DNA of 64,000 bases from an uncultured Candidatus Rokubacteria bacterium (GTDB lineage: Bacteria; Methylomirabilota; Methylomirabilia; Rokubacteriales; CSP1-6). Position 1 is the stretch's first letter. Every line of letters starts with the position of its first letter. A program made the position numbers and the translations under genes. The notes below the pieces were generated by a model, which was not told the DNA's origin, ran no database searches, and saw nothing but the letters and a program-made list of their open reading frames with translations. Positions 7,582 through 20,435 of the stretch are shown here, piece by piece. The stretch lies in contig CAVYTA010000005.1 in assembly GCA_963771355.1 (NCBI GenBank), forward strand, positions 768,001-832,000, in the 5' to 3' direction.

Positions 7582-9171
7582 ATGACACGGCTCATCAAGC
7601 TCTACGACACCACGCTCCGCGACGGCACGCAGGGCGAGGGCGTGGCCTTTTCGATGGAAGACAAGGTCCGGATCGCCCAGCGGCTCGATGCCTTGGGAAT
7701 CCACTATATAGAAGGGGGCTGGCCCGGCTCCAACCCGAAGGACCTGCGCTTCTTCAAGCGCGTGCAGGGCGCCGTGTTCAAGACGGCCAAGATCAGCGCC
7801 TTCGGCGCCACGCGCCGGCCGGGCGTCCGTCCACAGGAAGATCCGAACCTCCAGGCCCTCGTGGAAGCGGGGCCGCCGGTCGTCACCATCTTCGGCAAGT
7901 CGTGGGACTTCCACGTCACCGCGGCGCTCGGCACCACGCTCGAGGAAAACCTCGCCATGATCGGCGACTCGATCACCTACCTCCACAAGCACTTCGAGGA
8001 AGTCATCTACGACGCCGAGCACTTCTTCGACGGCTTCAAGCGGAATCGCGAGTACGCGCTGGCCACCCTGCGGGCGGCGGAGGCGGCGGGCGCGCACTGC
8101 CTCGTCCTCTGCGACACCAACGGTGGCAGCGTGCCGCACGAGATCGTCGAGATCCTCCGTGCCGTGAAGCAGGTGGTGAAGCCGTCCAGCCCGCTGGGCA
8201 TCCACGTCCACAACGACACCGAGTGCGCGGTGGCGAATACCCTCGCCGCGGTGTCCGAGGGCGTGAACCACGTGCAGGGCACCATCAATGGCTACGGCGA
8301 GCGCTGCGGCAACGCCAACCTCATCTCCATCATCCCCAACCTCATGCTGAAGATGGGGCTGGACAGCCTCCCCCCGGAGAATCTCCGCGACCTCCGCGAG
8401 GTGTCGCGCTTCGTCTCCGAGCTGGCCAACCGCAAGCCGTGGGCGTCGCAGCCCTATGTCGGCGACTCGGCCTTCGCCCACAAGGGCGGCATCCACGTGT
8501 CCGCGGTGCTCAAGCACCCCGACACCTACGAGCACGTCGATCCCGAGGTGGTGGGCAATCACCGGCGCGTGCTGGTCTCCGAGCTGTCGGGCCAGTCCAA
8601 CGTGCTCTGGAAGGCGCGCGAGTACGGGATCGATCTGGACAAGAACACCCCCGACGCGCGGCGCATCCTCGAGATGCTCAAGCGGCTCGAGGACGAGGGA
8701 TTCCAGTTCGAGGGGGCGGAGGCCTCGTTCGAGCTGCTGATGGAGCGGGCGCTCGGCAATCACCGGCCCTACTTCGAGCTGCAGGGCTTCCGCGTCATCG
8801 TGGAGGAGCAGGGGAGCGGCACCGAGCCCGTGGCCGAGGCCACCGTGAAGCTCCGCGTGAAGGGCATCGAGGAGCATACCGCCGCGTCCGGCAACGGCCC
8901 GGTCAACGCCCTCGACCACGCGCTCCGCAAGGCGCTGGAGGACTTCTATCCGAACCTGCGCCAGATGAGCCTGCTCGACTACAAGGTGCGCATCCTCGAC
9001 GAGTCCAAGGCCACCGCGGCCAAGACCCGCGTGCTGATCACCTCGGGCGACGGCGACGAGACCTGGGGCACGGTGGGAGTGGCGGACAACATCATCGAGG
9101 CCTCCTGGCAGGCGCTGGTGGACTCCGTCGAGTACAAGCTCCGACGGGACGAGCGGCGCGGCCAGCGCTGA
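7582..9171 (+). CDS. cimA: Citramalate synthase
   Basis: [38 protein letters not shown] and a C-terminal regulatory domain. Confidence 0.92.
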   Translation: MTRLIKLYDTTLRDGTQGEGVAFSMEDKVRIAQRLDALGIHYIEGGWPGSNPKDLRFFKRVQGAVFKTAKISAFGATRRPGVRPQEDPNLQALVEAGPPVVTIFGKSWDFHVTAALGTTLEENLAMIGDSITYLHKHFEEVIYDAEHFFDGFKRNREYALATLRAAEAAGAHCLVLCDTNGGSVPHEIVEILRAVKQVVKPSSPLGIHVHNDTECAVANTLAAVSEGVNHVQGTINGYGERCGNANLISIIPNLMLKMGLDSLPPENLRDLREVSRFVSELANRKPWASQPYVGDSAFAHKGGIHVSAVLKHPDTYEHVDPEVVGNHRRVLVSELSGQSNVLWKAREYGIDLDKNTPDARRILEMLKRLEDEGFQFEGAEASFELLMERALGNHRPYFELQGFRVIVEEQGSGTEPVAEATVKLRVKGIEEHTAASGNGPVNALDHALRKALEDFYPNLRQMSLLDYKVRILDESKATAAKTRVLITSGDGDETWGTVGVADNIIEASWQALVDSVEYKLRRDERRGQR

Positions 9172-9184
9172 TCAGTCGCCGCGG

Positions 9185-9646
9185 TCAGCGGCCACGGCCC
9201 TTCCGCCAGGCCGCGATGTCCCGGGCGTGCTCCGCGTAATGATGACGGCTATTGCCGTCCACGAGCTTGTAGGCCGTCCGCTCGGGCACCACGCGGTCCT
9301 CGGGCAACGCCCGCGCCGCGCGGAGAAAATCGGCGTGAGCGGCGTCGAGCTCCTTGACGATGTCGGCGGTGGTCCACGTGGCCTTGGCGGCGGCGAACTT
9401 CGCGTTCCACGCGTCGAAGTCCGAGTAGGATACCCCTTCGGTGAAGGGCTTCTCGCCCCGGGCCAGCCGCTCGACCCCCGGAAGCATCTCGCGGTGCCAG
9501 CCGGAGATGTGGCTGAGGATCTCGCGCACGCTCCAGGTTCCGCACCACACCTCGCGCATGTCGGCCTCGCTGAGGCCCGCGATCGCGCCCTTGAGTCCCT
9601 GGAACTCCGTCTCCGCTCCCTCGAGCAGCTCACTCTTGGCCGACAT
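9185..9646 (-). CDS. DinB-like (ClbS/DfsB) four-helix bundle protein
   Basis: WSVREILSHISGW..HHYAEH pattern. Confidence 0.75.
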   Translation of the reverse strand: MSAKSELLEGAETEFQGLKGAIAGLSEADMREVWCGTWSVREILSHISGWHREMLPGVERLARGEKPFTEGVSYSDFDAWNAKFAAAKATWTTADIVKELDAAHADFLRAARALPEDRVVPERTAYKLVDGNSRHHYAEHARDIAAWRKGRGR

Positions 9647-9657
9647 GGAGGCCCTCC

Positions 9658-10095
9658 TCAGGCAAGCCCCCGAGGGGACAGGCGCTTGTAGAACAGCAGC
9701 TCCCGCACGCCCTGGGGCAGGTTGTCGATGTAGCCGCTGGGCGAGAAGCCCAGCGCGGTGTGCATCTGGATGGAGGCGGCGTTGGTTTCCTCGGTGGAGG
9801 AGAACACCCGCGGCGAGAGCGAGACCGTCTCCACGGTGCGATAGAATTCACGGGCGATGCCCTTGCGCCGGAAGTCCTCGCGGACGACCACGAGCGAGAC
9901 GAAGGTGCACTGGAACCAGTCCGTGCGATAGGCCAGGAAGCCGACCACTTCCCCCTCGGCGTCCGCCACCATGATCTGATGCCGCTCGAAGTGAGACTTC
10001 ACGAAGGTGCCCGCTCGGTCCGCCCCGATCACGGCGGCGGCGAGCTCCGTGCACGGCGTCGCATCGGCGAGGCGCGGAAGACGGATTTCGATCAT
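9658..10095 (-). CDS. GNAT N-acetyltransferase
   Basis: VREDFRRKGIA motif A; NAASIQMHTALGF. Confidence 0.85.
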   Translation of the reverse strand: MIEIRLPRLADATPCTELAAAVIGADRAGTFVKSHFERHQIMVADAEGEVVGFLAYRTDWFQCTFVSLVVVREDFRRKGIAREFYRTVETVSLSPRVFSSTEETNAASIQMHTALGFSPSGYIDNLPQGVRELLFYKRLSPRGLA

Positions 10096-10122
10096 GGCGG
10101 GGCCGGAGTCATTGTAGCGCGG

Positions 10123-10878
10123 CTACCGGGCGGTGAAGTCGAGGAGCAGCGCGGCGTGATCGGACAAGGCCGGCGTGGGGCGGACGCCGGGGCGCCGCCG
10201 GCCCCACTCGTAGCGGACGGCGCCCAGTGAGGGAAGCAGTTCCCCGTTGATGAAGGCCTGGTCCAGGCGGAACCCGTTCCCGGCGTTGGGTGAGTACCAC
10301 GTATAGGCGCGCGCCTCGCCCTGCAGGTGCCGGAAGCCGTCGCGCCACCCCGCGTGCTCCAGCCCGTCGATCCAGCCGCCCTCGCGAGCGTTGAAGCCCA
10401 CCCGGCAGGTGGGGGCCTCGTCGAGCCCCGGCCGCCCTGAGTTGGTGTCGCCGATGAGGACGGCGGGGCCGTGGGCCCACGCTTCCGCCAGGCGCAGCAC
10501 CGCGTCGAGAAACGGCCACTTGCGGCCGGTGTCCCGATTGGGCACATGCATGGCGCCGAGCGTGAAGGGAGCCGGGCCCGCCACCTCGGCGAGGAGGAAG
10601 CGGGCCGGCTCGTCGGGCACCCGGTGCGCCAGCACGCGGCGGAGGGGCCAGCGCGAGGCGACGAGCAGGGCATTGACGCCGGCCCGGCCGGGGTCGGCGG
10701 TGGTGGCCTGGTGGACGAGCCCCTGCTCGCCCAGCGCGGCAGCCAGTGCCGCGCTGGGCGGAGTGGCGCGGAACTCGCAGAGCGCCACCACGTCCGGCGT
10801 CCAGCGCGAGAGCTGGCGGGCGAGCGCCGGCACGCGCGTGCCGCCCCCTGCCCGGATATTCCAGCCGATGAGGCGCAG
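10123..10878 (-). CDS. Endonuclease/exonuclease/phosphatase family protein (probable CTG start)
   Basis: LRLIGWNIRAGG, DVVALCE, IGDTNSG, FRLDQAF, LSDHAAL; the conserved N-terminal strand lies upstream of the first GTG (10833). Confidence 0.82.
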   Translation of the reverse strand: MRLIGWNIRAGGGTRVPALARQLSRWTPDVVALCEFRATPPSAALAAALGEQGLVHQATTADPGRAGVNALLVASRWPLRRVLAHRVPDEPARFLLAEVAGPAPFTLGAMHVPNRDTGRKWPFLDAVLRLAEAWAHGPAVLIGDTNSGRPGLDEAPTCRVGFNAREGGWIDGLEHAGWRDGFRHLQGEARAYTWYSPNAGNGFRLDQAFINGELLPSLGAVRYEWGRRRPGVRPTPALSDHAALLLDFTAR

Positions 10879-10888
10879 CGGCCGCCTC

Positions 10889-11584
10889 TCAGTACGTCCC
10901 GGGGCGGATTTCCTTGTAGACCGCCTTGAGCTTGTCCGCGGTGAAGTCGGGGCTCTGGCACATGGAGATGATGCGCTTCTCCATGGCCTCGACCTTGGCG
11001 ATGGCGTCGGGGATCCCGGTGGCGATGTCGTGGGGGATGGTGACCACGCCGTGCTGGTCGCCGTGGATCAGATCGCCCGGCTTGACGAGCACGCCGCCGA
11101 CCTTGACGGGAATGCCGAAGTCCACCATGTGCACGTTGGCGTGGGACACCGAGACGTGGGCCGCGCAGAACTGAAAGTTGAGCGCGCGCACCTCGTCGAG
11201 GTCGCGCACGGAGCCGTCCGTCACCACGCCCACGCAGCCGAGCGCGCGGTGGATGTTCGCCTGCACCTCACCCCACTGCGCGCCCTGCCCGCGGGGATCG
11301 TCGAGATCGTGCACCACGATCACCCGCGGGGCGGGGATGGACAGGATGAAGTCCCACCACCCGAAGAGGCTCGCGCGGTGCCCCTCGATGGGCCCCTGCT
11401 CGGCGCGGATGAGGGCGGTGCAGGCATAGCCCACCATCGGCCCCATCTCCGGGAAGAGCGCCTTGATCTCCGAGGACAGGTTGCCCTGCTCGCGGGGCCG
11501 CACGTTGAACGTCTCGATGGCATTGGCCACGCTGGGGCTGGTGATCTTCCGGAGGGCGGTGACTTGCGGCGGCGTCAGCGGCAC
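10889..11584 (-). CDS. RraA/HMG-aldolase family protein
   Basis: GYACT, QWGEV, GVVTDGSVRD, PGDLIHGDQHGVV; GTG 11584 with AAGGAG SD. Confidence 0.88.
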   Translation of the reverse strand: MPLTPPQVTALRKITSPSVANAIETFNVRPREQGNLSSEIKALFPEMGPMVGYACTALIRAEQGPIEGHRASLFGWWDFILSIPAPRVIVVHDLDDPRGQGAQWGEVQANIHRALGCVGVVTDGSVRDLDEVRALNFQFCAAHVSVSHANVHMVDFGIPVKVGGVLVKPGDLIHGDQHGVVTIPHDIATGIPDAIAKVEAMEKRIISMCQSPDFTADKLKAVYKEIRPGTY

Positions 11585-11600
11585 GGCGGTCTCCTTTGCG

Positions 11601-12827
11601 CTAGTGAGTCGGGGTGAGCGCCGCCTCGATGGCGGCGAGATCGGGCGCCACGGTGTAGAGCGGGCCCGCCTCGTCGTCGGCGCCGGCGGGCTGCTTGAGG
11701 CCATGCCCGGTGACGACGCAGACGACGAGATCGGTGGGACGAATGCGGCCCTCGCGGCGGAGACGCGACGCGACGGCGATGGGCGCCGCCGCCGAGGGCT
11801 CGCAGTAGATGCCGGCGGTGCGGGCGAGGAGCGACTGGGCGGCGAGCAGGTCGGCGTCGGTGGCGCTGGCGGCTACCCCGCCGGTCCGGCGCACCGCGTC
11901 CAGGCAGCGCCAGCCCAGCTGCGGCGCGCCCACCGCGATGGCCTGGGCCACGGTGCTGGCGGCGGTGACGGGCGCGACCTCGTCGCGGCCGGCCTCGAAG
12001 GCCCGCGTGATGGGATCCGCGGCGGTGGGCTGGGCCGCGACCATGCGCGGCACCCCGCGCGCCCAGCCCAGCGCCACCAGCTCGCGCCAGCCCTTCCAGC
12101 AGGCGGTGACACCGAGGCCGCCGCCGATGGGGTGCAGCATCCAGTCCGGCGTCTCCCCGCGAAGATCCTCCCACGTCTCGAAGGCGTAGGACTTCTTGCC
12201 CTCGTTCCGCCAGGGATTGGTGGAGAGGCAGGAATACCAGCCGAAGGCCTTGAGCGCCTCCTTGAACAGCGCGGCGGTGGCGTCATAGTCGGCCTGCACC
12301 GCGAGCACGGTGGCGCCGTGGGCGCGGGCCTGGACGATCTTGGCCGGCGAGGTCGCCGCCGGCACCATCACCACGCAGGGCAGCCCGGCGGCGGCCGCGT
12401 AGGCGCCGACCGAGGCGGCGTGGTTGCCGCTGGAGGACACCGCCACCACCCGCGCCCCCACGGTGCGCGCGTGGGTGAGGGCCACCGTGACCGAACGGTC
12501 CTTCAGGGACCCGGTGGGGAGCACGGTATCGTTCTTGACCCACAGCCGCTCGATGCCCACCGCCTGCGCCAGCCGGGGCGGAAGGAGCAGCGGCGTGTCG
12601 CCCTCGCCCAGCGTCACCGCGCGGCTCGGATCCACCGGCAGGAACTCGTGCCACCGCCATAGACCGCGCGGGCGCCGGCGGATCTTCTCCGCGAGGCTCG
12701 GCTTGACCAGCCGCAGGTCCGGCTCGATCTCCATCACGGTGCCGCAGCGCCCGCAGACTGCAGGCGGGCCGGTGAGATCGCCCGGCTCCTGACAGCGCGG
12801 GCAGGCGAGCCGCGCCGGAAAGCCCAT
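11601..12827 (-). CDS. thrC: Threonine synthase (PLP fold II)
   Basis: TLGEGDTPL, PTGSLKDR, SSSGNHAAS, EGKKSYAFE, VTGHGLK; N-terminal CxxC..CxxC. Confidence 0.85.
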   Translation of the reverse strand: MGFPARLACPRCQEPGDLTGPPAVCGRCGTVMEIEPDLRLVKPSLAEKIRRRPRGLWRWHEFLPVDPSRAVTLGEGDTPLLLPPRLAQAVGIERLWVKNDTVLPTGSLKDRSVTVALTHARTVGARVVAVSSSGNHAASVGAYAAAAGLPCVVMVPAATSPAKIVQARAHGATVLAVQADYDATAALFKEALKAFGWYSCLSTNPWRNEGKKSYAFETWEDLRGETPDWMLHPIGGGLGVTACWKGWRELVALGWARGVPRMVAAQPTAADPITRAFEAGRDEVAPVTAASTVAQAIAVGAPQLGWRCLDAVRRTGGVAASATDADLLAAQSLLARTAGIYCEPSAAAPIAVASRLRREGRIRPTDLVVCVVTGHGLKQPAGADDEAGPLYTVAPDLAAIEAALTPTH

Positions 12828-12840
12828 CAGATCGCGCCCA

Positions 12841-17232
<4,392 letters not shown>

Positions 17233-17242
17233 GACGCGCGGA

Positions 17243-18304
17243 TCACCTGTAGCCAGCGCGATCGGCGAGCTTGGTGGCGGCGGCCTGGAACTCGCCGGCG
17301 GCGGCCACGTTGATGTCGTCCTGCCGGAACTTGCCCCACTTGGCGATGACGGGGTTCACCGACGCCTGCGGGTTCGCCGGATACTCGAAGTTGGAGTCGG
17401 CGAACATCTGCTGCGCCTCGGGCGAGGTGAGGAACTCGAGCAGCTTGACCGCGTTCGCGCGGTTCTTGGCATTGGCGGTGATGCCGGCGCCCGAGATATT
17501 GACATGGGTCCCGGTGGTCTGCTGATTCGCCCAGAAGGCCGCCACCGGGAAGGTGGGGTCCTTGGCGAGGATGCGCCCGAGATAGTAGGTATTGGTCAGC
17601 CCGACGTCGCACTGACCGGCCGCGATGGCCTCGAGGATCTTGGTGTCGCCGTTGATGAGCGTGGGATTGTTCGCCACCCAGCCCTTGACCACCTGCTCCA
17701 CCTTGGGCTCGCCGCTCCGCTTGATCATGGTGGCGAGGAAGGACTGGTTGTACACGTAGGTCGAGGTGCGGAGGCAGATCCGGTTCTTCCACTTGGGATC
17801 GGCCAGCGCCTCGTAGGTCGACAGCTCTTCCGGCTTCACCTTGGCGGTGTTGTACATGATGGTGCGCGCGCGCACCGTGAGCGCCGTCCACCGCCCTTCG
17901 GGGTCGCGCAGGTTCGCGGGCACGTTGGCGGCGATCTCGGGCGAGTCCATCCGGGAGAGGAGGCCGGCCCGGCCGGCGTTCCAGAGATTGCCCGCGTCCA
18001 CCGTGATCAGGACGTCGGCGGGAGTCTTGTCGCCCTCGGCCTTCAGCCGGTCGAACAGCTCGGAGGTATTGCCGCCGAAGCTCTTGACCTGGATGCCGGT
18101 CTTCTTGGTGAAGGCGTCAATGGCCGGCTCCTGGCCATACTGCGACCGGGCCGAGTACACCACCACCTCGCCGGCGCCGGCGGCGAAGCTCTGCGCGCCC
18201 GTGCCGGCCATCCCCGCTCCCCCTACCATGGTCAGGGCCAGCAGCAGCGCGAGTGCACCGGTGGCCGCCCGCTCCCTCGTCGTGCTGCTCGTCGAGCTCT
18301 GCAT
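17243..18304 (-). CDS. Fe3+ ABC transporter substrate-binding protein (FutA/FbpA-like)
   Basis: VVYSAR, ADVLITVDAGNL, YVYNQS, NTYYLGR (Tyr ligands), NFEYPAN. Confidence 0.9.
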   Translation of the reverse strand: MQSSTSSTTRERAATGALALLLALTMVGGAGMAGTGAQSFAAGAGEVVVYSARSQYGQEPAIDAFTKKTGIQVKSFGGNTSELFDRLKAEGDKTPADVLITVDAGNLWNAGRAGLLSRMDSPEIAANVPANLRDPEGRWTALTVRARTIMYNTAKVKPEELSTYEALADPKWKNRICLRTSTYVYNQSFLATMIKRSGEPKVEQVVKGWVANNPTLINGDTKILEAIAAGQCDVGLTNTYYLGRILAKDPTFPVAAFWANQQTTGTHVNISGAGITANAKNRANAVKLLEFLTSPEAQQMFADSNFEYPANPQASVNPVIAKWGKFRQDDINVAAAGEFQAAATKLADRAGYR

Positions 18305-18367
18305 GTCGGGTCTCCCTAGTGCCTGGGTTGATCGGGGCCGTGGCGGCCCCCTTGGCCTCGCTGGCAG

Positions 18368-18398
18368 TAAGGTAACCCTAACTAAGACGAGCTGTCAA
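18368..18398 (-). promoter_or_regulatory. sigma70 promoter overlapped by a DtxR/IdeR-like iron box
   Basis: Minus strand TTGACA (18398-18393)-N18-TACCTT; TAAGGTAACCCTAACTAAG (18368-18386) matches TWAGGTWAGSCTWACCTWA at 15/19. Confidence 0.65.
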
Positions 18399-18400
18399 CC

Positions 18401-19447
18401 CTAACGGGTGACCTTCGACGGGGCGGCCTTGGCGCGCGCCTCGGCCAGGAGCGTCTTGACCTGGTCGTGCTCGGCACCGCGCGGCACGAGCACGAGGAAG
18501 CGCTCCCAGGCGCGCGCGGCGCCCGCATAGTCCCCCTTGGCCTCGGCCAGGACCTGCCCCCGGAAGAAGTGGGCGGGCGGATAGTTCGGGTCGATGGCCA
18601 GCGCCTTGTCGAAGGTCTCCAGCGCGGCGTCGGCATGCCCGCCGAGGGCGACGATATAACCCAGATGGCTCATCGCATTCACGTTACGGGGATCCCGCTT
18701 GAGCACCGCCTGGTAGGCGGCGATGGCTTCCGAGTACCGGCCGGCGAAGAGGCTTTGCCGCGCCGCCTCGAGCATGCCGGCCAGCATCTCGGGCGAGAGC
18801 GGGCGCGCCGGACCCGCGCCCGTGGGGTCGCCGGGGGACACCGGCCCGCCCGGCGACGCGGGACTGCCCGGCGACGCGGGACCGCTCGGCAATGCGGGAC
18901 CGCTCATCGCGCCCGGCGAGCCGGGCGCGGCGACCACGCCTCCGGGCGCGGGCGCCATCGGGTCAGGCTCGGTATAGCGGCCCACGCTCACGCCGAGGAG
19001 CACGCCGAAGGCGAGTAGCAGCACGGCGCCCACCCCGAGCGCGACCGGGCGGTGGGTCCAGCTTCGTCCACCTGCGGCCGCCCTGGCGGTCGCGCGGGGC
19101 CCGTCGGCGCGGGGGGCGGACGTCGGTGGCGGGGCGAGCGGACCCAGGGCGTCCAGCGCGCCCAGTACCGCCGCCGCGCGCGCTTCATAGGCATCGCGGA
19201 GGCCGCGGTAGTCGTCCTCGGAAAGATGGCCGGCCTCGTGGTCGAAGTCGAGCTCGCGCAGCGCCCGATAGATCGCGGTCCGCTCCTCGCCGAGCTCGAG
19301 GCGGCGATCGGTCGCCCCGCTGGACGATCCGATGGCGGTTTCCGGCATCTCGCGGCCCGCGCCGGCGCCGCGCAGCAGGGGCCACAGCACGAGCCCGGCG
19401 GCGGGCACCGCGAGGAGGACAATGGGCAGCAGCTGGGCGACCGTCAC
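18401..19447 (-). CDS. ccmI: Cytochrome c biogenesis TPR protein CcmI/CycH
   Basis: TM, LRELDFDHEAGHLSEDDY motif, second TM, Pro-rich linker, TPRs; last gene of the ccm operon. Confidence 0.8.
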   Translation of the reverse strand: MTVAQLLPIVLLAVPAAGLVLWPLLRGAGAGREMPETAIGSSSGATDRRLELGEERTAIYRALRELDFDHEAGHLSEDDYRGLRDAYEARAAAVLGALDALGPLAPPPTSAPRADGPRATARAAAGGRSWTHRPVALGVGAVLLLAFGVLLGVSVGRYTEPDPMAPAPGGVVAAPGSPGAMSGPALPSGPASPGSPASPGGPVSPGDPTGAGPARPLSPEMLAGMLEAARQSLFAGRYSEAIAAYQAVLKRDPRNVNAMSHLGYIVALGGHADAALETFDKALAIDPNYPPAHFFRGQVLAEAKGDYAGAARAWERFLVLVPRGAEHDQVKTLLAEARAKAAPSKVTR

Positions 19448-19908
19448 GAGTCGAGCTCGGCCATCTCCCGCCGGATGCGCTCGCGGGTGGCCTCGTCCAC
19501 CGCGGCCGGCGGCGCGGCGGCCGACCGCCGGCTCCAGCGGCGCATGGCGAGGCCCACCAGCACCAGGCCCAGGGCCAGGCCCACGAAGGGAACGACCCAC
19601 ACGAGGAGATCGAAGCCGTGGCGGGGCGGCGCGAGCAGGATCCACGTGCCGTACTTCTCCACGAAGTACGCGGTGACCTGCTCCGGGGTCTCGCCCGCGG
19701 CGAGCCGCTCGCGGACGATGGCGCGCATCTGATTGGCGGTTTCCGACGGCGAGTCGGCCACCGAGAGGCTCTGGCACACCACGCAGCGGAGATTGGCCGC
19801 CACGTCACGCACCTGCTCCTCGGTCACCGTCCGCCCGGGCGGCGCGGCGCCGAGCGCGGCCACCGCGACCATCGTGAGGCCCGTCAGGAGGAGAATCCGT
19901 CGCGTCAC
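19444..19908 (-). CDS. ccmH: Cytochrome c biogenesis protein CcmH
   Basis: LRCVVCQSLSVADS, YFVEKYGTWILLAPP. Confidence 0.92.
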   Translation of the reverse strand: MTRRILLLTGLTMVAVAALGAAPPGRTVTEEQVRDVAANLRCVVCQSLSVADSPSETANQMRAIVRERLAAGETPEQVTAYFVEKYGTWILLAPPRHGFDLLVWVVPFVGLALGLVLVGLAMRRWSRRSAAAPPAAVDEATRERIRREMAELDS

Positions 19909-20435
19909 GACTTCTCGGCCAGCAGGCGCTCGACCTGCGCGCGAACCATCTCGTCGGAGACCGCGCCCACCTTGCGCTCTCGGATCCGCCCGGCGCGGTC
20001 GATGAAGAAGGTCTCGGGCACCCCGTAGACACCGTACTCGACGGCGACGCGCCCGCCGGTGTCGGCGGCGTTGGGAAAGGTGAACTCGAACTGGCTCATG
20101 AATTTCCGCGCCGCCTCGTCCTTGTCCTGGATATTGATGCCGACGAGGGTCACGCCGCGGTCCCGATACTCGCGCCAGGCCTTCTCGAGCACCGGCGCCT
20201 CCTCGTAGCAGGCGGGAATGCACCACGACGCCCAGAAATTCACCACCACCACCCGGCCGCGCAGGCTCTCGAGCGAGAGCGGCGTGCCCGCGAAGCTGGT
20301 GAGGGTGAAGGGCGCGGCGGGCTTGCCCAGCAGCGTGGAGGGCAGCTGGCGCGGATCGGTGCGGAAGCCGTAGGCCAGCAGGACGAGGAGCGGCAGCACC
20401 GCGACCGGGATGAGCCAGCGGAGGTGACGCGTCAC
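19905..20435 (-). CDS. ccmG: CcmG/DsbE-TlpA thiol-disulfide oxidoreductase (CxxxC variant)
   Basis: N-terminal [29 protein letters not shown]. Confidence 0.85.
   Translation of the reverse strand: MTRHLRWLIPVAVLPLLVLLAYGFRTDPRQLPSTLLGKPAAPFTLTSFAGTPLSLESLRGRVVVVNFWASWCIPACYEEAPVLEKAWREYRDRGVTLVGINIQDKDEAARKFMSQFEFTFPNAADTGGRVAVEYGVYGVPETFFIDRAGRIRERKVGAVSDEMVRAQVERLLAEKS

Noticed and set aside
18840..18890. Short DNA repeat CCCGGCGACGCGGGAC x2 in ccmI
   Set aside because: Explained by the PASPG low-complexity linker of the protein.
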